A stretch of 63,958 bases of DNA, counting the filler, from Octopus bimaculoides (lineage: Eukaryota): NCBI RefSeq assembly GCF_001194135.2. It is 5 parts of 4 records of this genome, joined end to end, with 100 filler letters (N's around TTAATTAATTAA, not from the genome) between each part and the next. Parts side by side here need not be neighbours in the genome. Positions count along the whole stretch, not along the records: positions 20,902 to 43,563 come from NC_068986.1; positions 43,664 to 55,676 come from NC_068981.1; 3 more parts are not named here. The stretch is one strand, 5' to 3'. The notes under the pieces are model-generated. The model ran no database searches, was not told the DNA's origin, and saw only the letters and a list, made by a program, of their open reading frames with translations. The translations under genes and the position numbers were made by a program. This document shows positions 38,862 through 50,162 of the stretch, one piece after another. Every line of letters begins with the position of its first letter. Position 1 is the stretch's first letter.

Positions 38862-40869
38862 CAGTGAAGTCGACCGAGGTGGGCGGAATTGGTTTTTGCG
38901 CTGTGTGTAATTTATTGTTTCTTTTTCCAGTAAATTCGCCAGCTCTAGAGCAGTTCCGTTTACTTTCGGCGACTTTAAGTTATTGCTAATTTTTGTGAAC
39001 AAAATTGTGTTTCTCGTTCGTCGTTATTGGTAGGCGTGTTCGAGTCACCATAACGGCGGACTGAGAATTTTTTGTGAAAAGCTTTTTGTGTCTCACTTAA
39101 TTGCGAGAACTGTTGTTTTTGTGGGTGAATCTCGCCTCAGAAAAACTGGCGAAATTCTAACAATATGTGAAGGATTTTTGTGTTCCTGCTGCTGTGGCCT
39201 GGATTACCTTACCGGAATACCTATATTAGAATACCTTTTATTTCGAGTACCTTATTGGAATACCTGTAGGACAGGATTACCGCGTGACCGGAATTGTGTT
39301 GCTGTGACTTGAAGTGTCTTCCTTCCTTCTTTTTCTCTGCTCTGTCTTTCTGTTCTCCTTTGTATTTATTTATTTATTTTTTGCTGTGAACTTTTTGTTG
39401 AACTTTTTTTTGAACTTTTTTGTGGAACATTCTGAACTTTTGCAAGCATGGCAAAAAAGAGTAACATCATGTTGGAGTGGGAGCTTGTCCCACCCAAGAA
39501 GTGGTTAAAAGACTTCAGGGAAAGTACGGTGGTGTTACGGACCTACTCTAGGACACTCGACACCATTATGGTCTTTCCCAAAATTGAAATTGAAAAAGAG
39601 TTAGCAGAATATATGCCAACTATTAAGTTTATGCCACGGGGTGACAAATACGCGACGGTTTGGTTGCTATTTGACACCCCTGAGGTGGATCGCAAGTTTG
39701 CGAGCCAGCCCTTAGAAGGAGAAAAAATTCTGTTTCTTCCCACAGTATGTGGGAAGAAATTAACTAGAGCTTGGGTCTGTGGGCTGCCACCCGGCTTAGA
39801 ACCTGATTGGATAGAGGATACTATCCGACGGGGTCTGGGTGGTAGTGGATCCAAGCACCTGAATGTGAAAATTTTATCTACAGCTGATTGGGTTGGGTCA
39901 AAAGCGATTTTACCCTGTGGACCCAATCAGCCAGGGATCTGGTATTCCCGAATTTTTTGAGGATGGCTGGGACAGATATTCGGTGATTATTAAGGGACAT
40001 AAACCCAAGTGTCACCAGTGTCTGAAACCCGGTCACATCAAGAAAGACTGTCCCCAGGACCAGAGTAAGGTCCTGGAACAGTTAACAAATGTTGTACCCC
40101 TCGCTCCCCCAGTGGAGGGAGAGACGGAGGAAATCGAGGAGGTGGAAACCTCCTCGAAAAAAGGAAAGAATAGGAAGAAGGTGGGCAACAATGGTTGCCC
40201 ACCGAAAATCGTTGGGGAGGAGGAGGACCTTCCGGCAAAGGCGGAAGTACGCCCTACTCCAGTGGCCCCAAAGAAAAAGAAAAAAAAGAACGAGGCATAG
40301 CCGGCGCTCGATAGTGCACCGCCGGCGTGTCCCGNNNNNNNNNNCGGGAATTGTGCCACCGACAGTAGAATTTGTGGGCTCACCCTGTGAGGAAAAGGAT
40401 TTGCTAATCCTATTCCGAAAGGGAGGGGCCCTGCAGAAATTTATGAATAAAATGAAGCGCCGGAGGGAGGGAGTCCTCACATGTACTAAGGATCCGGAGG
40501 TCGTGTCCAGTAGTCACATAAGTACGGGGGTGAATTCCTTCCCCTTCGACGAATTCAGTATTGCAAAGTGGCCCGACCCAGACCCATCGTGGTGCTTGAG
40601 AGAAGCGATGGCTATATCGGATGAAAAAACCTAAGAGGTCGAGTGCCTCATATTGTGTAATGAAAAATTGTAAGAGGCAAATACCTTAATTTATGACTTT
40701 TTATGTACGATGTTCATAGCCTCAATGTGAAAATTTAATTTTAAAAGAACAGTATTATAGAAATGCAAAGTTCGGCATCATATTTATCATCCATTTCATC
40801 TCATTAATGTGTTCGTCTAGCCCGCAGCTACTCTGTATACTGCCTTTATGGCAAATCAAATGAAATAAA
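38862..40869 (+). mobile_element. Tx1/L1-like element with ORF1 only (gag-like, CCHC knuckle), frameshifted
   Basis: GC-richer 5' region with T-rich leader. ORF from ATG 39448 continues by frameshift into CHQCLKPGHIKKDC (40010-40051) and an acidic/basic tail ending at stop ~40634. Only ~230 bp then lead to AATAAA at 40864-40869; no ORF2 evident. Confidence 0.75.
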
Positions 40870-41004
40870 GTGGCTTGCATAACTACTACATGGTTCCGGG
40901 TTCAGTCCCACTGCGTGAGACCTTGGGCAAGTTTCTTCTACTATAGCTTCGGGCCGACCAAAGCCTTGTGAGTGGATTTGGTAGACTGAAACTGAAAGAA
41001 GCCC

Positions 41005-41053
<49 letters not shown>

Positions 41054-41248
41054 TCCCCACCAACATCGCTTGGCAACAGAAGCTGGTGTGTTTACGTCCC
41101 CGTAACCTAGCGGTTCGGCAAAAGAGACCGATAGAATAAGTACTAGGCTAACAAAGAATAAGTCCTGGTGTCGATTTGTTCGATTAAAAGCGGTGCTCCA
41201 GCATGGCCGTAGTGAAATGACTGAAACAAGTAAAAGAATAAAAGAATA
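40869..41248 (+). mobile_element. SINE family A lacking its first ~25 nt
   Basis: Starts agtggcttgcataactactacatggttccggg; complete body and tail. Confidence 0.9.
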
Positions 41249-42010
41249 TATATATACGACATATTTGTGCACAGTTTTATCTACCAAGTTCACGCAAAGT
41301 GCAACAAAAGACATGCGGAATCCGAAACTACGAGGTTGTGATATTATTTTCTTAACCACGCACCACACCTTCGCCGCCCTCTCTATTTTATTTTCTCTCG
41401 CCTTTTCTACGTCTCTCTTTCTTTCTATCTTTATGTGAGTGTTTGCGTGTATGTGTGTATCTCTATATGATGTACGTGAGTATGTATGTTTATGTATATA
41501 TGTCAATATATACGTATCGAGGATCTTCTCTACAGTATCTATTGGCAAAGCAAACTCCCATACCCACACAAGCACATAATACTTCAATACAGACAATATA
41601 TACGCATACACTCACACGCATTATGCATAAACACACGCAACACACAGAAAAAGATAACTTTCACTCACATATACTATACACATTCACATTATTTGGTCAT
41701 AGTGACACACATACCCCTGTACACACAGCAAGTGAAACAACACAACACATGAACACACACACATGTACATACACAGGTAACACACGCATACACACATGCA
41801 CACACCTATACACGCCATTCTCGCATGCACACATACGCTTGCGCACCTCCTCTTGCTGGGATGACCATGAATTATTTCCCCTTAAATTAATCTTTCTTTA
41901 TTATTATCTCCTTTTCATTCAACCTCTTTCTTTTCCCAATCATTACCGAGTTGGACCATTGAAATCAACACGTTTTCTTTCATTCTCATTCTATTTATTT
42001 CCTCTTATTC

Positions 42011-42046
42011 CTTTCTGCCGAAGAGCGTAGGCTCGAAACGTAAAAG
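42011..42046 (+). ncRNA. Minimal hammerhead-like motif in a Penelope-type terminus (variant core CUGCCGA)
   Basis: CTTT-CTGCCGA-A-GAGC-GTAG-GCTC-GAAA-CGT-A-AAAG. Perfect stem II, palindromic ACGT, GUA triplet, 4-bp stem I; core A6 is C. Confidence 0.55.
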
Positions 42047-42295
42047 TCTTTTCCATTTTTCCCGAGCGCCAAACTAAAAAACTTGCTTGTAGCTCCTACA
42101 CCTGTCTTTGTCTTTCTTTTTCTATGCATTTGAACTATATATATATGTATATATATANNNNNNNNNNNNNNNNNNNNNNNNNNNNNNNNNNNNNNNNNNN
42201 NNNNNNNNNNNNNNNNNNNNNNNNNNNNNNNNNNNNNNNNNNNNNNNNNNNNNNNNNNNNNNNNNNNNNNNNNNNNNNNNNNGTGGTGATGTATT

Positions 42296-42539
42296 ATATA
42301 TTAGAAAGAATAAGGTACTCAGATATCTGGATGGTTGTACATTTACTGATTTTTATTACTATGTGACATGTTTTTATAAATCAGATATTAGCGCTTGCAT
42401 CTACTCTAGTAGATTCTTCAGAAGAATCTGAAGATCTACTAGAGTAGATGCAACCGCTAATATATGATTTATAAAAGCATGTGACTTATTAATTAATATC
42501 TGTAAATGTACAACCATCCAGATCTCTGAGTACCTTATT

Positions 42540-42552
<13 letters not shown>
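42296..42552. mobile_element. ~255-bp foldback palindrome (MITE-like)
   Basis: Arms tatattagaaagaataaggtactcagatatctggatggttgtacatttac.../...gtaaatgtacaaccatccagatctctgagtaccttattttttctaatata; inner arms gcatctactctagtagat/atctactagagtagatgc. Confidence 0.85.
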
Positions 42553-42588
<36 letters not shown>

Positions 42589-43274
42589 ATATTACCTCTC
42601 TTTCACTTTCTTTTTTTCTTTATCTTTCTCTCATTCCTTCTCTGTTTCTCTGCTTCTTGCTCCCTCCTCTCACTACCGCATGACCGGTTACGATCTAAGG
42701 CGGTGTCATTCTTTTTCGCGTTGCTCTCGACCTAATTGGTCACACTTCTCTGAGCTCTTCACTGAATCTTTCTCTTGTGTTTGTTTTAGTCCTTTAGAAC
42801 AGTTTTCAATCTCCTTTACGTTACTCCAAGCTTGTCTGTCTGCTAGACCACAGTTTTTTTTTTTTGTTGGATATGTATTAATATTTTCTTTATTGTATAT
42901 GTATTATTAATTTTTTTTGTTGTATATATATATTTTTTTAATTTTGAGTTCTCTTCGCTTGGCCCCCATGCCATATTCTGTTTATTTATTTCGTTTTTTT
43001 CCCCTTTTGTTTGTCCCTCGTTCCTCCTTGTTTGTCCGTTTTCTTTTGCTATATTCTGCTCACATTCCCAGCAAGTTCTCTTGCAGGTTGCCTCCAGAAT
43101 TGATGCAATATCATAATGGCACGGAATTGTGCTCGACATTTTGGCCGATAAGTGATGAGGAATGGTTGACCTTCTGTGCTTGTTCTCCATTCGTCTGGGT
43201 ATTCAGTGCATTTAAAATATCTTTTTTTCCGTCCGTATCTTTATAACTATACATGTTTGACTTCTGAATATATA

Positions 43275-43420
43275 GTCGAACAAATCGACCCCAGGACTTA
43301 TTGTTTTTAAGTCTAGTACTTAGCCTACCAGACCTTTTTTTCCAAACCGTTATGTTACGGGGACGTAAACTCACCAGTATAGGTTGTCAAGCGATGGTTG
43401 GGAAACAAACACAGACACAC
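43275..43420 (-). mobile_element. SINE family A, 3' part
   Basis: gtcgaacaaatcgaccccaggactta...gttacggggacgtaaac...gttgtcaagcgatgg. Confidence 0.8.
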
Positions 43421-43517
43421 AAACATACACACAACCACACACACGCACACGCACAGACACACACACACACACACACACTCACACACACACACACACACAT
43501 ACACCCACACCCACACC

Positions 43518-43563
<46 letters not shown>

Positions 43564-43663
43564 NNNNNNNNNNNNNNNNNNNNNNNNNNNNNNNNNNNNN
43601 NNNNNNNTTAATTAATTAANNNNNNNNNNNNNNNNNNNNNNNNNNNNNNNNNNNNNNNNNNNN
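43564..43663. other. Assembly spacer N44-TTAATTAATTAA-N44
   Basis: 12-mer at 43608-43619 between N runs. Confidence 0.95.
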
Positions 43664-43689
43664 TAGTTCAAAAAAACAATAACAAAAAA

Positions 43690-43775
43690 ACAAAAAAACA
43701 ACAAAGTGAGGACGTGATATGGATAGTATTATTGGACGCTCAGGAAAGGAAAGAGAGAGTGTATGACGTTTCGGG
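43690..43775 (-). mobile_element. Penelope-type terminus fragment keeping only the 3' half of a hammerhead (GAAACGTC)
   Basis: Minus strand cccGAAACGTCatac...tttcctttcctgagcgtccaataatac resembles 42035-42080 (gaaacgtaaaag...ttttcccgagcgccaaactaa). Confidence 0.5.
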
Positions 43776-43800
43776 TGTATATATATATATATATATATAT

Positions 43801-43836
<36 letters not shown>

Positions 43837-43859
43837 CAAAAAGGATCAAGAATCCTTCC

Positions 43860-44070
43860 CGATCCATAGGCTCGTAAGGCTGGATTACCAGATTTTGTGG
43901 CGTATATGTCCTCCCACCCTGATCGTCGCAGGATTACTCATTTTTGCCAGCTGAGTGAAATGGAACAATGTGAAATGAAGTGTTTTACCCAACGCATCAC
44001 TCGCCCCAGAAATCGAAACCATAAGCTTACCATGACGAGTACAATGTTCTAACCACTAAGCCGTGGTGTC
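43860..44070 (-). mobile_element. tRNA-headed SINE, head related to 58045-58150
   Basis: Head ccacggcttagtggttagaac...ggtttcgatttc; body ttcatttcacattgttccatttcactcagctggcaaaaatgagtaa. Confidence 0.7.
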
Positions 44071-44089
44071 TCCACAAACGCACACCCGC

Positions 44090-44523
44090 GCAGAATCGTT
44101 GTTAAGCCGGTCCTAGTGCTAAGCCACATTTCGTCCGTCTTTACGTCCTTAGTTCAAATTCTGCCGACATCGACTTTGCCTTCCATCTTATCACGTTCGA
44201 TATAATGAGTAGCAATTGAGCACTCGGGTTGATTTAATCGACTAGCCAACTCCCCCCCAAATTGCTGGCCTTGTACCAAAATTTGAAACCACTATTTCAC
44301 TCAAATAAGGCTGCGAGCTGGCAGAATCGTTAACATACCGGACAAAATGCTTAACGACATTGCGTCCGTCTTTACGTTCTGAGTTTATATTCCGTCGAAG
44401 TCTCCTTTTCCTTTCATCTTTATGAGGTCGATAAAATAAGTACTAAATAAACACTGGGATCAATGTAATCGACTTATCCCCTCTCCGAAATTGCTAGCCT
44501 CCAACCAAAATTTTAAACTAATA
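44090..44523 (+). mobile_element. Two SINE family B copies head-to-tail
   Basis: Heads at ~44090 (gcagaatcgtt) and ~44308 (aaggctgcgagctggcagaatcgtt), both ending aaatttgaaacc/aaattttaaact...tatttcactcaaat. Confidence 0.88.
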
Positions 44524-44879
44524 TTTCACTCAAATCTTGTAAAGTTGTTGTTCTGCGCCAAGTCGGTCCTGATCCATCAAACTTTCATAAATTCGGACAT
44601 CACTTCCTTTCTTAAGACGTGACATGGGAAAAATTTGACTTCTATTTCAGGACGGTTGAACATCCATATAGCATTCCTCGTTCTGAGAGTTACTGTAAAT
44701 GGGGTGACATTTGTCCCCTTGCTATTTCTACATTTGTACGAGAAACGGAGATGAAAAAGTAAAACGCTAGAAAGTGAAAGCAATAATCAATGCAGGCCCC
44801 AACCTGTCTTTAACACATATACACCCATCAAGATAGCCAAGAAAGCAAACCGCTAAAACAACTACAATGATAATACTCA

Positions 44880-45080
44880 CAACAAAATTAACAAAGCTAA
44901 AGTCAATGACGCCCAACACTATTATATGGCAAAGAATTCGCTGTCATTCACCAACTGAGGAAGTATTTGCTTCAGGAGAAAAACGAGGCAGTAAAAATGT
45001 ATAAGAGCGGTGGTACTGTGCGACAGCAGGCATGGATTTGTCGTCAAAAGAAGACAGAAGAACCTGAAATACAAATGCTA
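44880..45080 (+). mobile_element. Possible decayed RTE-like LINE fragment
   Basis: Translation PTLLYGKEF..IHQLRK resembles the PTLLYG.ETW motif after the RT core. Confidence 0.3.
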
Positions 45081-45089
45081 AGAGAAAAA

Positions 45090-46070
45090 TAATATTCTTT
45101 TCTAGGCACAAGGCCCGAAATTTAGGGGGAGGGGCCAGTCGATAAGACCGACTACAGTATGCAACTGGTACTTAATTTATCAACCCCGAAAGGATGAAAG
45201 GTAAAGTCGATGTCGGCGGAATTTGAACTCAGAACGTAAAGACAGACGAGATACCGCCAAGTATTTCGCCCGGCGTGCTAACGATTCTTATTTCTTTATT
45301 GCCCGCAAGGGGATAAACACAGAGGGGACAAACAAAGACAGAACAAACGGATTAAGTCGATTATATCGACCCCAGTGTGTAACTAGTACTTATTTAATCG
45401 ATCCCGAAAAGAAGAAAGGTAAAGTCGATGTCGGCGGAATTTGAACTCAGAACGTAACTGCAGATGAAATACCACTAAGAATTTCGCCCGGTATGCTAAC
45501 GTTTCTGCCAGCTCGCCGCCTTGCCAAGAGAAAAATAATATTAAATACGCAAACTGGTCTGTAATGTTTATTTCAGATTTTGGCACAAAGCCAGGAAAAT
45601 TGGGGTGGGGGAGAAATTGATTATATTGACCCCAGTTCGTAACTAGTAATTATTTTATCGGGCCCGAAAAGATAAAAAGTGAAGTTGACCTCGGAAGAAT
45701 TTGAACTCAGGAAATGCCACTAAGCGTAATTACGATTTTTACCAGCGTAATAACGATTTTTACTAGCGTAATAACGATTTTTACCAGCGTAATAACGATT
45801 TTTACTAGCGTAATAACGATTTTTACCAGCGTAATAACGATTTTTACCAGCGTAATAACGATTTTTACTAGCGTAATAACGATTTTTACCAGCGTAATAA
45901 CGATTTTTACTAGCGTAATAACGATTTTTACCAGCGTAATAACGATTTTTACCAGCGTAATAACGATTTTTACCAGCGTAATAACGATTTTTACTAGCGT
46001 AATAACGATTTTTACCAGCGTAATAACGATTTTTACCAGCGTAATAACGATTTTACCAGCTCGCCGCCCT
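45090..46070 (-). mobile_element. Three SINE family B copies head-to-tail, the third containing a minisatellite
   Basis: B-boxes ggaatttgaactcag at ~45218, ~45437 and ~45695. Heads truncated at 45288, complete at ~45520 and 46070. Confidence 0.88.
45723..46057. repeat. 21-bp minisatellite, 16 copies (AGCGTAATAACGATTTTTAC[C/T])
   Basis: 15 full units plus one 20-bp unit, counted directly. Confidence 0.97.
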
Positions 46071-46689
46071 AAACTATTCAGTAATATTAGTTGGTTTATA
46101 AGCAGTTGTGTTCGTTTGATAGTTAAAAGGGGCAGACGCTTGCCGACGATGATCCCAATGAGAATCGAAATGTACGTACAACTGTCCCGTCATTTGTTTT
46201 TTGTTTTGTTTTTTTCACGAAAATATTGTATGAATGCATAGTTTAAAATCGTTGTAAGCTCATAAATCTGTAGCTATATATTATAACACATTATAACAAT
46301 GAAATGATACATTGTTAACTCAACAGACACTGGAATATCTTAAGCCAGAAAGCAATCCCTGCAAGAAATCTGGGCCGCTCTAGTATATGTAGTAGAGAGG
46401 GAAAAACACAGAACTGTAATAGCAATTTGTAACAATACGCAAGATGGACAGAACGTTTCCATTACAACTTGAACCTCTCAAGAATTTAATAATATTACTC
46501 TACATGGGACGACGACTCATTGCAAATATGAGTGCGACCAATGTACCAGCCCAGGAAGACCGAGGCGGAGTGACAGCTTGGTCCATATACTATGTTCCAT
46601 CTCTCCGTCTCTTTCTCTCTTTCTCATCTTGAACCTGTACAGTTTTTCTTTCTTCTACCTATCTTTTATCTTTTACTTATTCTATCAGT

Positions 46690-46978
46690 TTCTTTTTTTG
46701 AAGCGCTAATTCATGGGGGTGTAAACACACCGACACCGGCTATTAAGTGATGGTGAGGGACAAACAGAAACACAAAAAAACACACACACACACACTCACA
46801 CACATATACATATATACGACGTCATTCTTTCAGCTTCGGTCTACCAAATCAACTCACAAGGCTTTGGACGGCCCGAGGCAATAATAGAAGACGTTTGCCT
46901 AAGTTGCCAAGTAGTGGGACTGAAGCCAGAACCATGTGGTTGGAAAACAAATTTGTCACCACACAACCACGCCTGCGA
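46690..46978 (-). mobile_element. SINE family A, diverged
   Basis: gtaaacacaccgacaccgg...ctaccaaatcaactcacaaggctttgg...gtgggactgaagccagaaccatgtgg...ccacgcctgcg. Confidence 0.85.
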
Positions 46979-48204
46979 TCGCCTCTTGTGTCTTTCATTT
47001 AACTTGAAACAGGAGCATGAATTTAAATAGCGCTTCAGCTTTTGTATAGAAAGAAACGCATTGCTAATACGAAAAGAAAATTATTTCTTTCGTTGGTTTT
47101 ACTTCGCAAATTTATAAATAATCATTTTCACATCTCATGCGGTAAATAGACAAGCTGGCTCTTTTTACCACATGATACGAATATCAATATTTTTTTTCTA
47201 TAGAACAAATATCTATTTACAATTCATGTTAGATATGTGCTTATCCTTACTATTCGGAGAGAAAATACAAGCTTCAATGACAACAACCCCTGAAGAATGA
47301 AACCAACGTTCAAGTACCTTCCTAAAAAAAAAACACGGAATCAAAGCCTTGGATAAAGCCAGACATCAATGTGTTCGCTCTTATCGTGAAGGGCCTAGTC
47401 GTAAATGCACAAACTTGCATGTTCCCAGGCAGATCTACCTACGATAACATATCTTTTACGATATGTCAAAGTGTGAGTCGATACTAGATGTGGCTTTGGT
47501 TGGGTTCTAAACAGTTTATATCAGTTTAAAGCGTGCGACAGGATTGACTATCGTTAGCTGGTGGTTGTTGTAAGGGCAGTTAAAATAATAAAATAAGGAT
47601 AGTTAAAATAAACGGCCATATGTCAAAATAGTTTCTCATTACCCATTCGTTCTGCCAACTGTATATTTATCTCTTCTATATGTCTTGGTGTTGAAGCCTA
47701 AACTTTTGAGGCCTGAGTTGTTGAAAGGCATTTTACTTCCACTGGTTGAACTACAAGACAACTGTGACTGCATTAAAGGTGACAAGTCCCTTATAATATC
47801 GAACACATTAGAAATTATGTGATCTATATCGTTTTAGCGGGCCTCCAGGAGTTAATGGGAGTATGCATTAAGTGTGGGAAGAATGGAGAATTCTCCGAAT
47901 TCTTTAAGGAAAAGACACTACGTCTAGAGATATAAGGATAAATAATGATACATTTCTATCCCTATATACATAATCAACGCTGCAGATGTCCTACCTTGAA
48001 TCCATCATATACAAAAAAAGGAGCACAAAACCTTTTTGGCCTAGGATTATTTGCACAAATTAAACGTAAATGAACTAAAAGAAATAACTCAGTAAACCAG
48101 TGGCATGGACATAAATAGTAAAGATGAATAAAGGTCCATTAAATATCTTTTCCTTAATTGCGTGTCTCTTTCGGGTGAAACTTCATGATCCTTAAGATTA
48201 TATA

Positions 48205-48452
48205 CAGTAATCCTTCGCCATATCGCGGTTCACCAATCGCGGTTCACCAATCGCGGTTCACCAATCGCGGTTTATTATTTAAGCTTACGCCGATTCCTCC
48301 GTGATATTGTTTGACATTTATAATAAAAAAATATATACAAATTATAAAAATAATTTTAAAATATACAATACAGTACTGTTTCTACTTCGTGGATTTTCAC
48401 CTATCGCGGGAGATTTTGGAATGTAACACCCCCGATAGTCGAGGGGTTACTG
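48205..48452. mobile_element. pogo/Tigger-like MITE, 248 bp, TA TSD
   Basis: TA|CAGTAATCCTTCGCCATATCGCGG ... CCCCGATAGTCGAGGGGTTACTG|TA; internal 14-bp tandem ATCGCGGTTCACCA x3.6 (48222-48272). Confidence 0.85.
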
Positions 48453-48777
48453 TATATTTCTAAGCTGTTGCAACCGCCACAAGTTATTTGTTTGTTCTAC
48501 TCTATGAGACAAAATAATTTCAATAAATAAGGACATTATCTCGCATGTGTATTTAACGCACATGTATTCGTCCTCACAACTATATTATATCTGTTTGGCA
48601 GTTTTTGGTGAGTGATGCTGCCGAAGAAAGTATCAAAACCACTAGCATTGTAACGGGCTTTCAGCTAGTATTTAGTTTTATTCTGTTGCAAAAAAAAAGA
48701 CCCATGTTTCTCCCCAACCTCCTTATTCATTTCCATTTTTCCCAAACTTATAAGCCTCTAATCATATCTTTGCTTTA

Positions 48778-48809
<32 letters not shown>

Positions 48810-49310
48810 NNNNNNNNNNNNNNNNNNNNNNNNNNNNNNNNNNNNNNNNNNNNNNNNNNNNNNNNNNNNNNNNNNNNNNNNNNNNNNNNNNNNNNNNNNN
48901 NNNNNNNNNNNNNNNNNNNNNNNNNNNNNNNNNNNNNNNNNNNNNNNNNNNNNNNNNNNNNNNNNNNNNNNNNNNNNNNNNNNNNNNNNNNNNNNNNNNN
49001 NNNNNNNNNNNNNNNNNNNNNNNNNNNNNNNNNNNNNNNNNNNNNNNNNNNNNNNNNNNNNNNNNNNNNNNNNNNNNNNNNNNNNNNNNNNNNNNNNNNN
49101 NNNNNNNNNNNNNNNNNNNNNNNNNNNNNNNNNNNNNNNNNNNNNNNNNNNNNNNNNNNNNNNNNNNNNNNNNNNNNNNNNNNNNNNNNNNNNNNNNNNN
49201 NNNNNNNNNNNNNNNNNNNNNNNNNNNNNNNNNNNNNNNNNNNNNNNNNCTCTTTCTTTCTTTTGTTGTCCTTCCTATCAATATATATATGCATATACTC
49301 ATTTATTATT

Positions 49311-49352
<42 letters not shown>

Positions 49353-50093
49353 CGGTGGTGTACCTGTCAAGCAGTTGATTTGATCCAACACTCGGTGTTG
49401 AAGTTAAAATAATTGCAGAGTAGAAGATTCGTGACTAACCACACAAAGACCATTAACTTCGCTTAAATATTTATCATGTGTTATATAGTATGAACATTTT
49501 CGTCGCGCGACCTAATACATGGTCACTGACAATAAAGTATTAAAAATACCCTAAAATACCCTAGGTTATTTTTAATACTTTGACTTCTTGTTTAGGAATC
49601 CTTTTCACATCTTAAAATCTTTGTTTTAACATTTTACTGACTCTGTTTTTTCATGGCACCATGAAGACGGAAAACAATTATCTTGTATTTCTTTCTTTCC
49701 TTTTCCAAAGCTATTATTACATGCAGCATATCAATCGTTAGAGAGTGGATAATGTGACAATAACTGAAAAGACGGTGGGAGGAAAAGGAGGAGGAGGAGG
49801 GGGAGGAGGAGGGGAAGGAGGTGGAGTATTGCAATGCTTGTTGACATTCCTTCCACTATGGTGGTGATGGTGGTGGCTTTGATGATGGTAGTGATTCGAA
49901 CTGTTGTGATGATAATGACAAATTTCAATAATATTGGTGACAGTAATGACTCTGTGCCCTTGGTTACTGCTATTACAACTAATTCAGCATTTTCCTCATA
50001 AACACTTGACAGGTAGCCCTTCTAGTCATGCACACATGCAGTTTCCATTAAGTATAATATATTTACAGTATTTACTTTCTTTCTTGGTACTCA

Positions 50094-50162
<69 letters not shown>

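Noticed and set aside
45714-46241. 175-aa ORF with (SVITIFT)n repeats
   Set aside because: It is the translation of the 21-bp minisatellite inside a SINE; open only because the unit is a multiple of 3 without stops.
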